DNA from: Camelus ferus
Lineage: Eukaryota
Assembly: GCF_009834535.1 (NCBI RefSeq)
Contig: NC_045696.1
Location: 3,040,001 to 3,104,000 of the forward strand
Length of the DNA stretch: 64,000 nucleotides
Reading direction: 5' to 3'
Shown here: positions 26,494 to 38,500 of the stretch, piece after piece
How the letters are laid out: each line of letters opens with the position of its first letter
Numbering within the stretch: position 1 is the first letter of the stretch
Translations under genes and position numbers: made by a program
Notes under the pieces: model-generated
What the model was told of the DNA's origin: nothing
What the model saw: only the letters and a program-made list of their open reading frames with translations
Databases searched by the model: none

Positions 26494-27894
26494 CTGTGGT
26501 TGAGGGCAAAGCCGGGGACTCACTGGGCAGACAAGGCGCCCGGGGCCCATCTCCAGGAGTCTGGTGCAGAGGGGGACTCGCACAAAAAGATCTGATGTAA
26601 GCCTCAACGGCCAGAGATGTATTTCGAACAATTTATATATATACATCTTATTACGAAGTAATATGTGCCTATTGAGAAAATTTGGATTAAGCAGAGAAAG
26701 GAAAGAAAAAAAATCTCTTGCTACTATTAATAGGTTGGGCCAAACTTCCCCCGTCTCTTTCTAATCTAAATCTTAATAAAAAAAGAAACTTTTTTCTTTT
26801 TGTAGAGCTGATTGTCCCGCAGGCCCGGCGTGTGCGCAGCGTGCGCTCACTCCCGCGTTATGAGGACGGCCCTGCTGCTAACGCTCCTCTGCGACAGGCG
26901 CGACCTTGACTGAGGGCCTGGGGACACTGATTCTCCACTTCCAGGGGCACCGAGCTCAGCTTTCAACGAGGAGTTAGAAAGCGGCTTTGCTTAGGTGCAG
27001 GAGCCTGAGGGCAGTGGGAAACTAGGGCGGCTGTGCCTCCTCCCGCCGCCTCTGGGAAGCAGCCCTCTCCAGAGCCTGGAGGCCGCTGGCCTAGCCTCGG
27101 GCCAGCCAGGCTTGCCTTCCCTCCCGGGTGTGCTGGCTCCGGGAAATTGTTTTTCCTTCTCTTTGTCTATATTACTATAAAGTTTGAACTACTTTTGTAA
27201 TTAAAACAGCCAAACTTTTTCAAGTCCTATGGTGAAGTTTTTAAAAGCAAATGACATATAATTTGCCTTGATGATTTTAAAACATCCTCCTGGGCTGTTT
27301 GAGAGCCTCAGAAGGTGAGCATCATTATTTTAAGTCCTTTTCCACTTCTTGTCAAGGTTAGCCACAGGGCTGCTGAGAGGGGCGGAGCCAAGGGTTCCAG
27401 GAAGGCGGTGGCGGGGGGGGGGGGGCAGCGGTGGGTGGGCAGCTGGGAAGGCCGCACACCCTGTGGCACCGCTGGGCCCTTGCCCTTCCTCCCACCGACT
27501 GCTTCAGACCCTCCCAAGTCCCTCATCCTCCACCCTCGCCACGCCCCACGTCCCTTCACCTCCTCTGTCACAAGACCCAGCATCTCAAGTGCATCTAAAT
27601 TAAGGCAGAAGGGTTCCTGAGGGCTTCAGGCTTCAGTCCCCCAGCAGGAGGGCTGACAAATAGGATTCTTAAAGACACAACTCCTGAAAATAAGGAAAAC
27701 TTCACAGCGGCTAGAACTTCAGGGCAGTGGAGGGAGAGGGCAGTGCTGACCCTGACGTCAGGCAGGACACAGTTCTGCCCCCACCCCCATCGTCTGCCGT
27801 CTTCTCCCCCGGCAGAGCAGGCGCCCGCGACACGAGCCCCCCGGCCAGCTCATCGCAGAGCCCCGCACGTGGTGGCCGCGGACCCAGACCTCAC

Positions 27895-28030
27895 CTGCGT
27901 CACCACGTAGAATCCGAAACTGTGGATGTCGTAGAAGTAGCCCAGCCCGAAGAGGGCGGTGAGCGCCCCGCTGGCCAGCATTCCCGCCGTGAGGTAGTAC
28001 CGGATAGGGAGGCGCTCCCCTATCACGCCA
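27895..28030 (-). CDS. SLC37A1: SLC37A1 exon 6, 136 nt (GVIGERLPIRYYLTAGMLASGALTALFGLGYFYDIHSFGFYVVTQ)
   Basis: ccacag|TG ... CAG|gtgagg. Inside ORF 27850..28071(-). Confidence 0.96.
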
Positions 28031-30669
28031 CTGTGGATGGAGGGGAAGGAGGACAAGTGAGGGCGCGACACACTCGGATTGAAAGTGGCCCAGCAACTTC
28101 TTTCTGGATGTTTCCATGCTGTCCTCTGAGCTTTTAGAACTCCACGGCACTACAGTTCCCAGGAAATTTTAATCACAACCATTTCTCAGTGGAGCACTTA
28201 ACCAGAAACTGGCAACATCTTTTAAGACTTCTTATTTCTAGTAAAAGTCACTGTTGAATAATAAAGCTTAAACGCTATGACACAGGGTGACTGCCAGCTT
28301 AAAAAACCCAAACCTGTCCTGCTAGCTAATCCTGTTCTAAATAAACAGCATCCTGCGAACGTACACAGTACCTACAAATTTCAGCTGTCAGGCTGTGGAC
28401 AAGTGACACGAAAGGGGCCCCGTGACCTCGAGCGGGTCTCTCAGCTCTTAGCCGTCACGAAGCCCCTGCAACAGTGGCCAGGCGGGCAGCGCTCTGCCGA
28501 CGACCCCTCCTGCCTCAGCCACTGTGATGCGCCTTAGAGACGGAGCATTTTCCTTAAGGTAAAGCCTGAAACATGGGGGGAGAGCCTCCGTGCTCCTTCT
28601 GAACAGCAGTGTGACTCAGTGAAGAGCTAATCTCTCCGGAGAACTTCTTCCTAGAGCTGCCTGGGTCCAAAGAGACAAGCGCAGGGAAAATGCCCATAGG
28701 TGGTGGGGACTCAGTGAAACGCTGCGGTGGTGCTGCTGTGGGAGAGACGTCTCCGGTTTCACGTGGGACGTGCACGCAGCAGGCTTGTAACCCCTCACAC
28801 CGCACCGCCCGATGCCGTGGGAGATACAGTCTTCACTGCCTTATGGGAGATGTCACTTCGGAACAACTTGAAATTGTGACTTATTAAGTGAATAAAAAAC
28901 TGGAGACTAATTATAAATGACTGCGAGCGCTTCGTGACATTCAAGCACTCTGTGGTTCTCATTTCCTTCCAGGCGGCCGTTCCAGGAGCAGGTGGGCATG
29001 AAGCGTAGTGGGGAACGATGCCCGCCTGCCCGTGGGCAGTGCCCGGGGAACCATCTCCAGAACCCGGTCTTTCCTCTCAAGAACCAACACACCATGGAGC
29101 TTTCACTTCTGAATTTACCACAGAAAACGTACCTCCCCCGTATCATGTAAATGGCCTTTTAAACGCTAAAGCAGAGGAGGTAACTCAAAATTATAAACCA
29201 CATTCGGGTCAAATTTTGAGCTGAGTAGAAACTGATCACATCCAAACGCAAGAGCATTCTAGAGCTAAAGGAATCACCTACTTCATCCTGCTCACTTCGG
29301 AGAAGAGGAAACATGTCCCAGAAGCGCTGGCCCCTCTGCCCAAGGTCACAGAACAAGCGGCAGAGTCAGACGGGCCTCCTGAGAGGGCGCCATCAGCAAG
29401 GGATGCCAACGCCCTCTGGTCCTGCTGTGCCACACTGGGCCCCAATCTGGTCTCCACTTAAAAGTTTTAAAAGAAAAGGCCTAACAGAATGGACGCCATT
29501 CTACATTGTGTGAGCCTCACACAGGTAATAAAGGCCACGCCACACCTGCATGAACCTGCCGGCCATGACCTGGGTTAACGAAGGTGCCTCTGTATCTGAT
29601 TCGTGTGACATACACAATCCGCTTCACTAGCCACGTGTCACGATGTCACCGAAAGGACATGCAAGGCGGCAGGGTTCACCCTCGTTGCAGCCATGAGCCT
29701 ATGGGGGAGTCTCACATTAGAAGGAATTTCATAATAACCCTCACTGGCAACTTGAATCATGAGGAATGATCTTTGCCAATAAATAAGTAACAATGAAACC
29801 GCTTTATTCAAACCAGGATTCCTAACCCCAGCTCCCGTGACATCTCGGGCCAGGCAGCCCTCCGCAGCAAGGTGCTGTCCTGTGTGCTGCAGGACACTCA
29901 GCAGCGCCCTGGTCTGCCCACTGACGCCAGCAACATCCCTGCTCCAGCTGAGACGGCCGAAAACGTCTCCAGGTAGCACTAATGTCTCCTAGGAGACAAA
30001 AGCTCCCCCAGCTGAGAGCCACATTTAAATACTGTTTTCTAGTAACCGAGAAAATCACACCTCAGCTTTTGGGTATCTTTATGTTACTGATTACTGGTGT
30101 CCAGTAACACTGCAGTCTCCAGAACACGGGTACTGGGCCCCAGGGTGGCCTGTGGCTGGCGGCTGGGCTGCGAACCCTGCCCCTAAGGCGCCCAGGCTCG
30201 AGCGCCGCCAGATCCAGGCTTCCCACTCCTGATCCTGAGTGCCCCGTTCCCTCCCTTGGACCAGCCCTGCGGGCAGCGCAGACGTGCAAAGACAAGGGGG
30301 CGCCATCCACTCCGCCAGCACAAGCCGCCTGTCTGGGCACCAACCGCTCAGAAGGGTCCTGCGCTGGGGAGGGGGCCTGGGTCTTGATGATGCCACAGTC
30401 TGGGTGGGTCTCAGGGGAGAGAAGCATTCACAGGGATTCTGGGGATTCTCAAAGCTCTAAGGACCTCTGTCTCTGAACAAAGGCCTCTTTGGGCAAAAGG
30501 CCTTAGTTCCTATGATGCTTTTGTTAAACCTGGCTGGACTGACATGAGACCAGGTTTCAATCAGCCTACTGCATGTCTGTTACCCACAGGACACTCGCCA
30601 CCTTCCGAGGGCAGCTCAGGACAGACGCGGGGACGGGATAATCATCATGGTACAGATGCTGGGAGCACG

Positions 30670-30850
30670 GCACGTGCCAGGCACTGTTCTGAGCACTCGA
30701 CAGGCACCACTCACTCAATCCTTTTGTCACAGTCCTGAATTAAGAACTACTACTTCCCCCATTCGGCAAAGGGGAAACTGAGGCCCAGAGAGGTAAGGTA
30801 ACTTGCCCAAAGCCACACAAGCATGTGGAAAAGCTGGGATCAAGTCCCAG
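30670..30850 (-). mobile_element. MIR SINE
   Basis: Core gaaactgaggcccagagaggtaaggtaacttgcccaaagccacac. Confidence 0.85.
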
Positions 30851-31327
30851 AGATGTGTCTCTGGACCCACCCGCCAGGCGGGACAGCCTCTGTGCACGCA
30901 GGTGAGGTGCTGTTTGGGCCGAGCTGGGCCTGCCAAGCACGTCTGCTATAAACTACTCTGATGTAGGTGGAATCAGTAAACAGACGCGGCCCCTGAAACC
31001 AGAGAGGGTGTGCTGTGCTGTGTGTACGGGGCAGGGAGCTGCCAGCACATGTTCCTAAGTGACCACATCCTGGCAGGGCTCACAGTGCGCCCTAACCCCG
31101 GGCCAGGCAGGCTGTCCAAGGACAGTGGGCCTGACCGGCAGGACACCCGGGACGTGTGGAACGCGCTGCCTGGCCGACACAGAGGGCACACACGGACCCC
31201 GTCTCTGAGGAGAGGCTGGGGGCTGGCCGCCTGTGGGCGAGCCCGCGCTCCCCGTCCTTTGGCGCCGAGGCGCGCGCTGCACGCGCTGGGCTGCCCGGCG
31301 AGGGCCCGGGGTCGCCAGCGGACCTAC

Positions 31328-31406
31328 CTCAGGTACATGCCGACGGCGTATGCGCACAGGAAGGCGTAATCCAGGGCCCCGAGCAGCTGCTGATAGTTGT
31401 CCTGGT
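31328..31406 (-). CDS. SLC37A1: SLC37A1 exon 5, 79 nt (DQDNYQQLLGALDYAFLCAYAVGMYL-S)
   Basis: gtgcag|AC ... AG|gtaggt. In frame. Confidence 0.95.
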
Positions 31407-32123
31407 CTGCACGCGCGTCAAACAGCAGCAGCAGGAGGAGAGGGTTGTTTAGTTTTCATGAAATATCAGTTGATGTTTGGGAGGGGGCAATAAAACACAA
31501 AGCTTCTGTTGTCTGAGTCTGGGCAGTGAACTCAGACTGGAAAGAGGTGGTTCTGAACGCAGAAAATACGGCAAGGGGGAAAAGTCGCCTCCTTTCCAAT
31601 AATAGTAAAATAATCGCTAAATAGGCGTTCCTGCGCTCAGGGCGGATCCAGGCTGGCAGCGAGCACGTGGTTGCTCGTCTGCTCCACGTGTTACCCTGGC
31701 TGCTCTGAGACCCCCAGCCACCCAACACCACGCGCTGAGATCCTCTCTTCTTCCCACCCACACGGCTTATGCCGGCCAGTCCTGGCTGCTGTCTTTGACA
31801 AATGCCAAGTGCGAGTGATCTTCAGCAGATCTCCTGCCAAGAGAGACTTTTCCAGGTACGACGGCCCCGCACACAGGCGCAGGACACACAGCGGCTGAGG
31901 GAGAAGGCCAGTTTGCTAGGAGAGGACAGACTAGTCTGTACCTCGAGGTGCAGCTGTATCCGTGAGCACCATCACGCTGCTGAGATCAGTGACGCTGGGA
32001 GAGCCTGGCTGGCCACGGCCACACCACCAGCTCTGGGCCTGGCCGTCTATGGAGGAGCCCTGCAGGGACGGCCTGCTTCAGCCAGAGGACGAACATGGGG
32101 AGGGAGACGGATGGGGAACTCAC

Positions 32124-32256
32124 CAAATGGGGCCCAGCCGCAGTCAGTCCCATTGCCCGGGAGCCGGTGGGGTGCGGTGTCCCCTGCTTTCTGGCTCTGG
32201 CTGTGGAAATGGACTTCACCCTCATTCGGAGCAGTGCAGAACCTGTGCAGCTCACC
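32124..32256 (-). CDS. SLC37A1: SLC37A1 exon 4, 133 nt (GELHRFCTAPNEGEVHFHSQSQKAGDTAPHRLPGNGTDCGWAPF; luminal loop with N81-G-T sequon)
   Basis: ccag|GGT ... TTTG|gtgagt. Visible inside ORF 32047..32301(-). Confidence 0.95.
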
Positions 32257-35200
32257 CTGGGCATTCGTGGGGAGGACAGAAGCCAGAGAGAGAACAGGCA
32301 CTCAGGTGAGGTCCAGCAGGGGTGCAGCGTGAGAATGACTGCCCCTATCTCCACAGCGTTCCAGGGGGAATAAGGCACCACAGGGCGATCTGTCTGCAGG
32401 ACCCACAGAGAGCCCACGGTGAGGAAGGTTCCTCGGGTGCCCAGCAACCCCTCCTGACGCGTGCACAGCAAACACGTGAGGGGCCTCGCAAAGGCGATTG
32501 CTGAGTGCCGAGTGCCCGGCATCCCAGGACCACCTACCCAGGACTGAGGAACAGGCCATCCTGCTAGATTTACATAACTGAACGCGTGTTACAGGCCCAT
32601 GCAACGATGAGGATGGGTCTCAAAACAAAATGTGCTTGACACAGAGGAGCACGAGTGGGAGGACTCCACCACGGAGTTCAGGAGCAGGGAGACAAATCCG
32701 TGAGACACTGGTGAGACTCATGGTCACCCGGGGGAGGTGATGATGGGGACGGGGCGCACTGAGCCCTCTGGGAGCTGGAAAGGGGCCAGACCTTAGCCCA
32801 GGGGACGACTTCCCAGGTGAGCAGCTAAACATCTGTCAGGCCAGACACTGAAGACCTGTGTACTTTGTGCAAATCATACCTCATACCTCAAAACCAAACA
32901 CCCCATCCAGGGCAGAAGGCCACCAGCCCGCCAAGCCATGCCCAGCAGCAGCACCCGCCAAGCCATGGCCACCCCAGCAGCAGCAAGCAGGGCGGGGGAC
33001 AGAAGTGCTTGTCTGAGCAGTCTGGCTGTGGGGGCTGGAGCCCTGCCCGGTCTCTGGTCCGCAGACGGGGCTGCCACCGTCACAGAACTGTTCCCTGAGC
33101 CGTGACGCTGAACACCGTGCTTCGGCCGGTGCGTGGGACGGGCAGCCCGCCAGCCACGGCTGCAGTGGGGCAGGGAGTACGCGCGCCTGAGGGGCACCCT
33201 CTCCAGCAGCAGCCAGAGGGTCTGGCAAAGACGGCGTGTGTGTGCCGGGTGCTCCTCGGAGAGGACTGGCACCCTCATGCCATAGCACGCCAGCCGGGCC
33301 CATCTCTTTACAAGTGACCTGCTCCTTGTCACACGAGACAGAACGCCACACGTCTGCCCTTCTGCCTGCTGGCACCCACGTCCTCCCCAGGTGCTCGCCC
33401 TCCTACTCCTCTGCTGCTGCGCACTTTCTGGGTTTCCCACGACAAGTGCTTGGATGAACCAATCCATCAAGTGTAAGTGAGGGAGAAAGGAGGAATCCTC
33501 AAGGTCAGGGAGGTGGCCCCGAGGGGAGCAGAGGTCCTGAAGAAGTGTCCTCTAGTGAGCTGGGGCCCAAGAGAGGCCGGGCCTGGAGGGCTGTGAGGAA
33601 GGCTGGCCCAGGAAGGAGCATCCACCCCAGGGTCAAGACACAGGGTGGCGGGCAGGGGGCCCAGTCCACCAGGAGGGTAGCAGCCAGGAGGCCTATCCCC
33701 ACCTTCGCCTCGTGGGCATCCGACTCTTCAGGATAGAGTCACCAAAGAGGCTGATCTCCTTTAAAAGGCTGCCTTGCCGGGGCCAAGGTCAGCCGGGGCT
33801 GGATGCCCCCGGGTTCTACATGGACGCAGGCCCCTGAGACCTGGCCCGGCACACAGGGCTCAGCTGCTCTGTGGTCGGGTGGCTTCAAAGTCATCACTGG
33901 GCTGTTCTGCTATAATTCAAACATTGCCCTAAAAACCAGCCAAGGGTTCCGCTTTCCAAACTCAAAGTAACACTTTGCAAAATAGCTTTCCTCAGCAGAG
34001 CTCAGCTCCCCAGCGGTGGAGGCCGGGTGGCGTCACCTTGGGTGACTCGGAGCCCCTTCCCCGTTCCTGCCTGTGCTCGGCGGTCTCACCCAGGCTGCAC
34101 GTGAGAACTGAAGGCTGCGACTGTGAACTTGAGGTGGGGACCTGGGCGGGGGGGCTACAGTCCTTCCTTCCTGCAGAAAGCTGGCATTTCCCCACCCACC
34201 TGATTATACAGTTTTCTCCTCTTAGCCTTCAGAGGTCAGGGGTTTCCACCCACCTCTCCCTGCTGCTTCTCATGGAAGCCGACTGGGCCAGGCCCGGAGC
34301 TTCACTGCAGCTGGCCGTTCATCTTTCACTAAGAAAGCCACAGGCAGCCCTTGCAGCCGAGAGGGACCCGCGGGCAGGGCCGATGCAGGGTTCCTAATGC
34401 ATGCCGTGCACGGAAGCCGGGAACAGGACCGCTGTGGACGCTGCTCCGACTGGCATTTCCACCTCCTCTTTCACCATCCATAGCACACATGGGACTAGAA
34501 ATGATCCCTTTTTATTTCATAAATAAGCAGAAGAGGTCTTCTGTTTCGGTCTGTCCTGTGATGAGACGTGCTGGTCAGGGACACACGCTCTGAGCTGGGT
34601 GCTAGGGCTGCCGTGCTGGCCTCCAACCCGGGCCAGGTCGTGCGAGCCCCGGACTGACTGCTGTGAGGCCGGCACCGCCCGGCTGAGCCACGTGTGTGTG
34701 GAGCGCTGTCCCGGGTCCTCGGCCCCCGCGGGGCTCCGCAGCCGTGAGCGTGGGGCCCCACAGCCATGCCTCGGCCCCCGCAGCGAGCCCCCTTCTCCCC
34801 CAGCCCTCCTCTCTCTACTGGAAATGCCGTCTCCACCCCGCCTGCCCTACTGACAGGCCGCAGCAAGAGCACCGAAAGGGTGGACGTGACACAGGCATGA
34901 AGAGCTCTGAGGCTGTTCAGCCGTGTCAGTTTTTAATAATACTGCTACATTTTAATATTTCAATGAGTTTTATTCCCTAAACCTGGTGTTTGCAGGAAAA
35001 TTAAGGATTAACTAAACTGAGATAAACTTAGTTCATCAGAAAAAGACTCACCAGGTGAACTAATTCTCTCCATGCTACAAAGTCATTTGGGGGGAGCTAG
35101 TCCTCTGCTTTCATAAAAGCCGTCTCCTTTGCAAAGGTTTTACACATACGTCTTTCAACGGGTAATATAGAAAAGTAATCAAGTCACACTAGGCAGTTAC

Positions 35201-35320
35201 TGAAAGTTGGTCAGTCAAAAGACTACATGGCAGCTGAGGGACACAGGTATGAAATGCCAGAGGAGGACAAGCAGGATGGAGCCTCGGGGCCCAGGCTGCT
35301 CATCACCATCTAAGAACGTC

Positions 35321-36050
35321 TGTGAACACTGGGGTGCGTGGATATTTTTGAATTAGAGTTCCCTCTGGATACATGCCCAGGAGTGGGATTGCTGGATCAT
35401 GTGGTGAGTCTATTTTTAGTTTTTTGAAGAATCTCCATACTGTTTTTCATAATGTTTGCACCAAACTACATTCCTACGCTATTTACAACAGCCAAGACAT
35501 GGAACAACCTAAATGCCCATCGCCAAATGACTGGATAAGAAGTTGTGGTATATTTATACAATGAAATACTACTCAGTCATAAAAAAGAATCAAATAATGC
35601 CATTTGCAACAACATGCATGGACCTGGAGATTGTCATTCTAAGTGAAGTAAGCTAGAAAGAGAAAGAAAAATACCATATGATATCACTTCTATGTGGAAT
35701 CAAAAAAAAAAAAAGACATATGACCTTATTTACAGAACGGAAACAGACTCACAGACATAGAAAACAAACTTATGGTTACCAGGAGGAAAGGGGGTGGGAA
35801 GGGATAAATTGGGAATTGGAGATTTGCAGATACTAACTAATAGATATAAAACAGATAAACAGCACATTCATACTGTACAGCACAGGGAACTACATTCAGT
35901 ATCTTATAGTAACTTATGGTAAAAAAGAATGTGAAAACGAATATATGTGTATTCATGCATGACTGAAGCATTATGCTGTGCACCAGAAATTGACACAACA
36001 TTGTGAACTGACCATACTTCAATAAAATACATACATGCAATAAAAAAGAA
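35321..36050 (+). mobile_element. Younger lineage-type LINE-1 3' end with an inverted 5' segment
   Basis: 35321-35477 reads as antisense ORF2 C-terminus. 35478-36050 reads as sense ORF2 end plus 3' UTR, ending cttcaataaaa ... aataaaaaagaat. Confidence 0.9.
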
Positions 36051-36897
36051 TACTTGATATAAAAATTGTCTGTGTAACACACAACGAAACAGCAACAACA
36101 AAACAGACTGTGAAACGCCAGAGCGACGGGAAGTTGAGGGCAGGATGAGAGAAGGCAGGTGTCAGCGTGACGGAGGATCACAGAAAACAGCCCCGACGGA
36201 CAAGCGAGGTGCTTGCAGGGGAGGGTGGCCCGCAGTGGGCGACGGGCGCCCCCTCCCACCCAGCCGCGGCCCAGCTCCGCGCAGCAGGGGGCGGCACCTC
36301 GGGGACTGGCTGGCCATGCAGCAGAAGTGCTCTCTGGAAGTTCCACTCTTGCACAGGCCCCCGCAGCCATTCAGGGACAGGTATTTCTTATGTAAATGTA
36401 CATTTAAGGAAGACTCCACTCTCCAAACTCTGAACTTGAGCAACTTTGCACTGAGAAACGCTTTCACTCATTCATTCCAGAAATATGGGCTGGACAGCTC
36501 CTGGGCTCTCTGGCCAAGGGTACAGAGAGGGTGCTCAGTGTCTGTAACTGGGGAGTCGGGAAGGGTCCAGAAGACACGGAGAGGTGATGATGAGGGGTGG
36601 GCGGCCAGAGCGGGGGTTTGGGGCCACATCAGCTCCCCCGGAGGAGATGAGGTCTGTCAACTCCACCTTTAGACGACACGTCCAGCTTGGGGTGTGCACA
36701 CACACACGTGCATGTGTGTGGACACGAGTGTGTACGTGGTCCACACGGAGTGCATATGGTCAGTAAACTGCCTGTGGCTCATCAGGTTGTGTGGACTCAT
36801 TCACTTTAACTAGCCCTTTAACAAAGCTCTGGGCTAAAAGAACTCTGCAGAGCACCATCCAAAAGGAGCCCCAGAAGAGAAATGGAAGTTGGGCGCC

Positions 36898-37241
36898 CGC
36901 TATGGTCTGAGTGTCGGTGCTCCACCAATTCGTATGTTGAAACCTAACCCCTAAGGTGATGGTGTTAGGAGCTGGGGTCTTTACGAGGTGATGAGGTCAG
37001 GAGGGTGGATCTCCCGTGAATGGGATTTTAAAGGGACCCCAGAGGACCCCCTCGACCTCCCACTATCTGAAGACACAAGGACACAGCCATCTGCAAGCTG
37101 GAAGAGGGCCCTTACGAGAAACCAGCAGTGCGGCACCCTGATCGGGGCGTCCAGCCTTCAGAACTGTGAGGGGTTGATTCCTCTGTTTATAGCCACCCAG
37201 TCTATGGCACTTCGTTACAGCAGCTCGAGTGGACGGCGACA
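36898..37241 (+). mobile_element. MLT1A-like solo LTR
   Basis: gctatggtctga..attcgtatgttgaaacctaacccc ... agccacccagtctatggcacttcgttacagcag. Confidence 0.8.
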
Positions 37242-37599
37242 GTGCTCGGAGCAGGAAGGCCAGGCAAGCTGTGCCTGTTTACAACAGCACCCGGAGGTGG
37301 TCAGCTCGTCTGAGTGAGTCACAGCGCCACGCACAAGGGGACCAAGCACACACACGCATGTGTGAGCACACACCCACTCACAAAGGTGCAGGAAACTCAA
37401 GGGAAGCTTTCTGGTCACTATCCGTTTTTCACAAATGGAACCCTTCTACATGGACTGATGCACACCGTAGCTCTTCTGACTCAAAACACCTCCTGGGACG
37501 CGTTCTGAGGCCACTGCTTTGGCTCTGACCCATTCCTTGAAGCAGTTACACCGCGGGAATATGGCTGTGCCACACGGTCCATGCAAACTTTCACCTGCT

Positions 37600-38500
37600 G
37601 GTTAAGTTCACATAGTAGCCAGGCTTTTTTTCTCCTTTTTTAAAAAAATTGTGAACGATGCTGCAATAAAGGTGCCTATGCAGATACCCCGAAGTGCTGG
37701 CGCCTTTATTTTTATGGGCAAAGTTCCCAGATGCAGGAATGAAGGACAAGCATTTTTAATTTCAATTAGGTGTTACCCAGAACGCTTTCCAAAAGGCTGT
37801 AACACTACATTTCCATCACCAATGCCGGAACGTCTTCTGCCTCCGTCAGTGCCAGCAACAGGGGCTGTTACTCTCTTTATGTTTTGCCAGATTGTGGGTG
37901 TAAAGTGATGTATTGCTACTTTAATTTGCACATGCAAGCTCGCATGCAGTCCTCACAGTTCTTGGAAATCCAGACCCCTTGTCTGTGAGCTGCCTCTTCC
38001 TCCCCTCTGTCCATCACTCCTTTGGGTTTTCCCAACCTCATGCCCCTAAGACGGACATAATTCTGTTTTTGCGTTTTCACTTTTTATTTTTCACATTTGA
38101 ATCTTTAACCCATCCATTTTTATAAGATAGGGATTCAACTCTATTTCTTCCAGGTGAATAACCAGTTGCGTCAACACCATTTATGAAATGACCTGTGCTT
38201 TTCCATCACCTGTCGACCACGCCACCGTATGTTTCTGCAGTATTTTCTGTACTATTCTGCTGACCTCCTCTGTGTCTAGTCTCACGCAACACCATAATAA
38301 TTTGATTATAGTGACTTTAAAAAGGTTGCCTTTTCCGCACTTTCCTTGGTAATTAACTCTTGGGCGTCCTTTCATATAAACTCTAAGATTATTTTATTCA
38401 ATTAAAAAAGACATTGCTGAGATTTTCACTGGAGTTGCATCCTGTTGAAATACTAACACGGGGAACAGTGGAACTTTCCAGATAGCAAGTTTCCCATGCA
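37600..38500 (-). mobile_element. Old LINE-1 (L1M) fragment
   Basis: Antisense L1-like text such as gtgaacgatgctgcaataaa, ctttccaaaaggctgta, caacaccatttatgaaat and gctgagattttcactggagttgcat. Confidence 0.65.
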
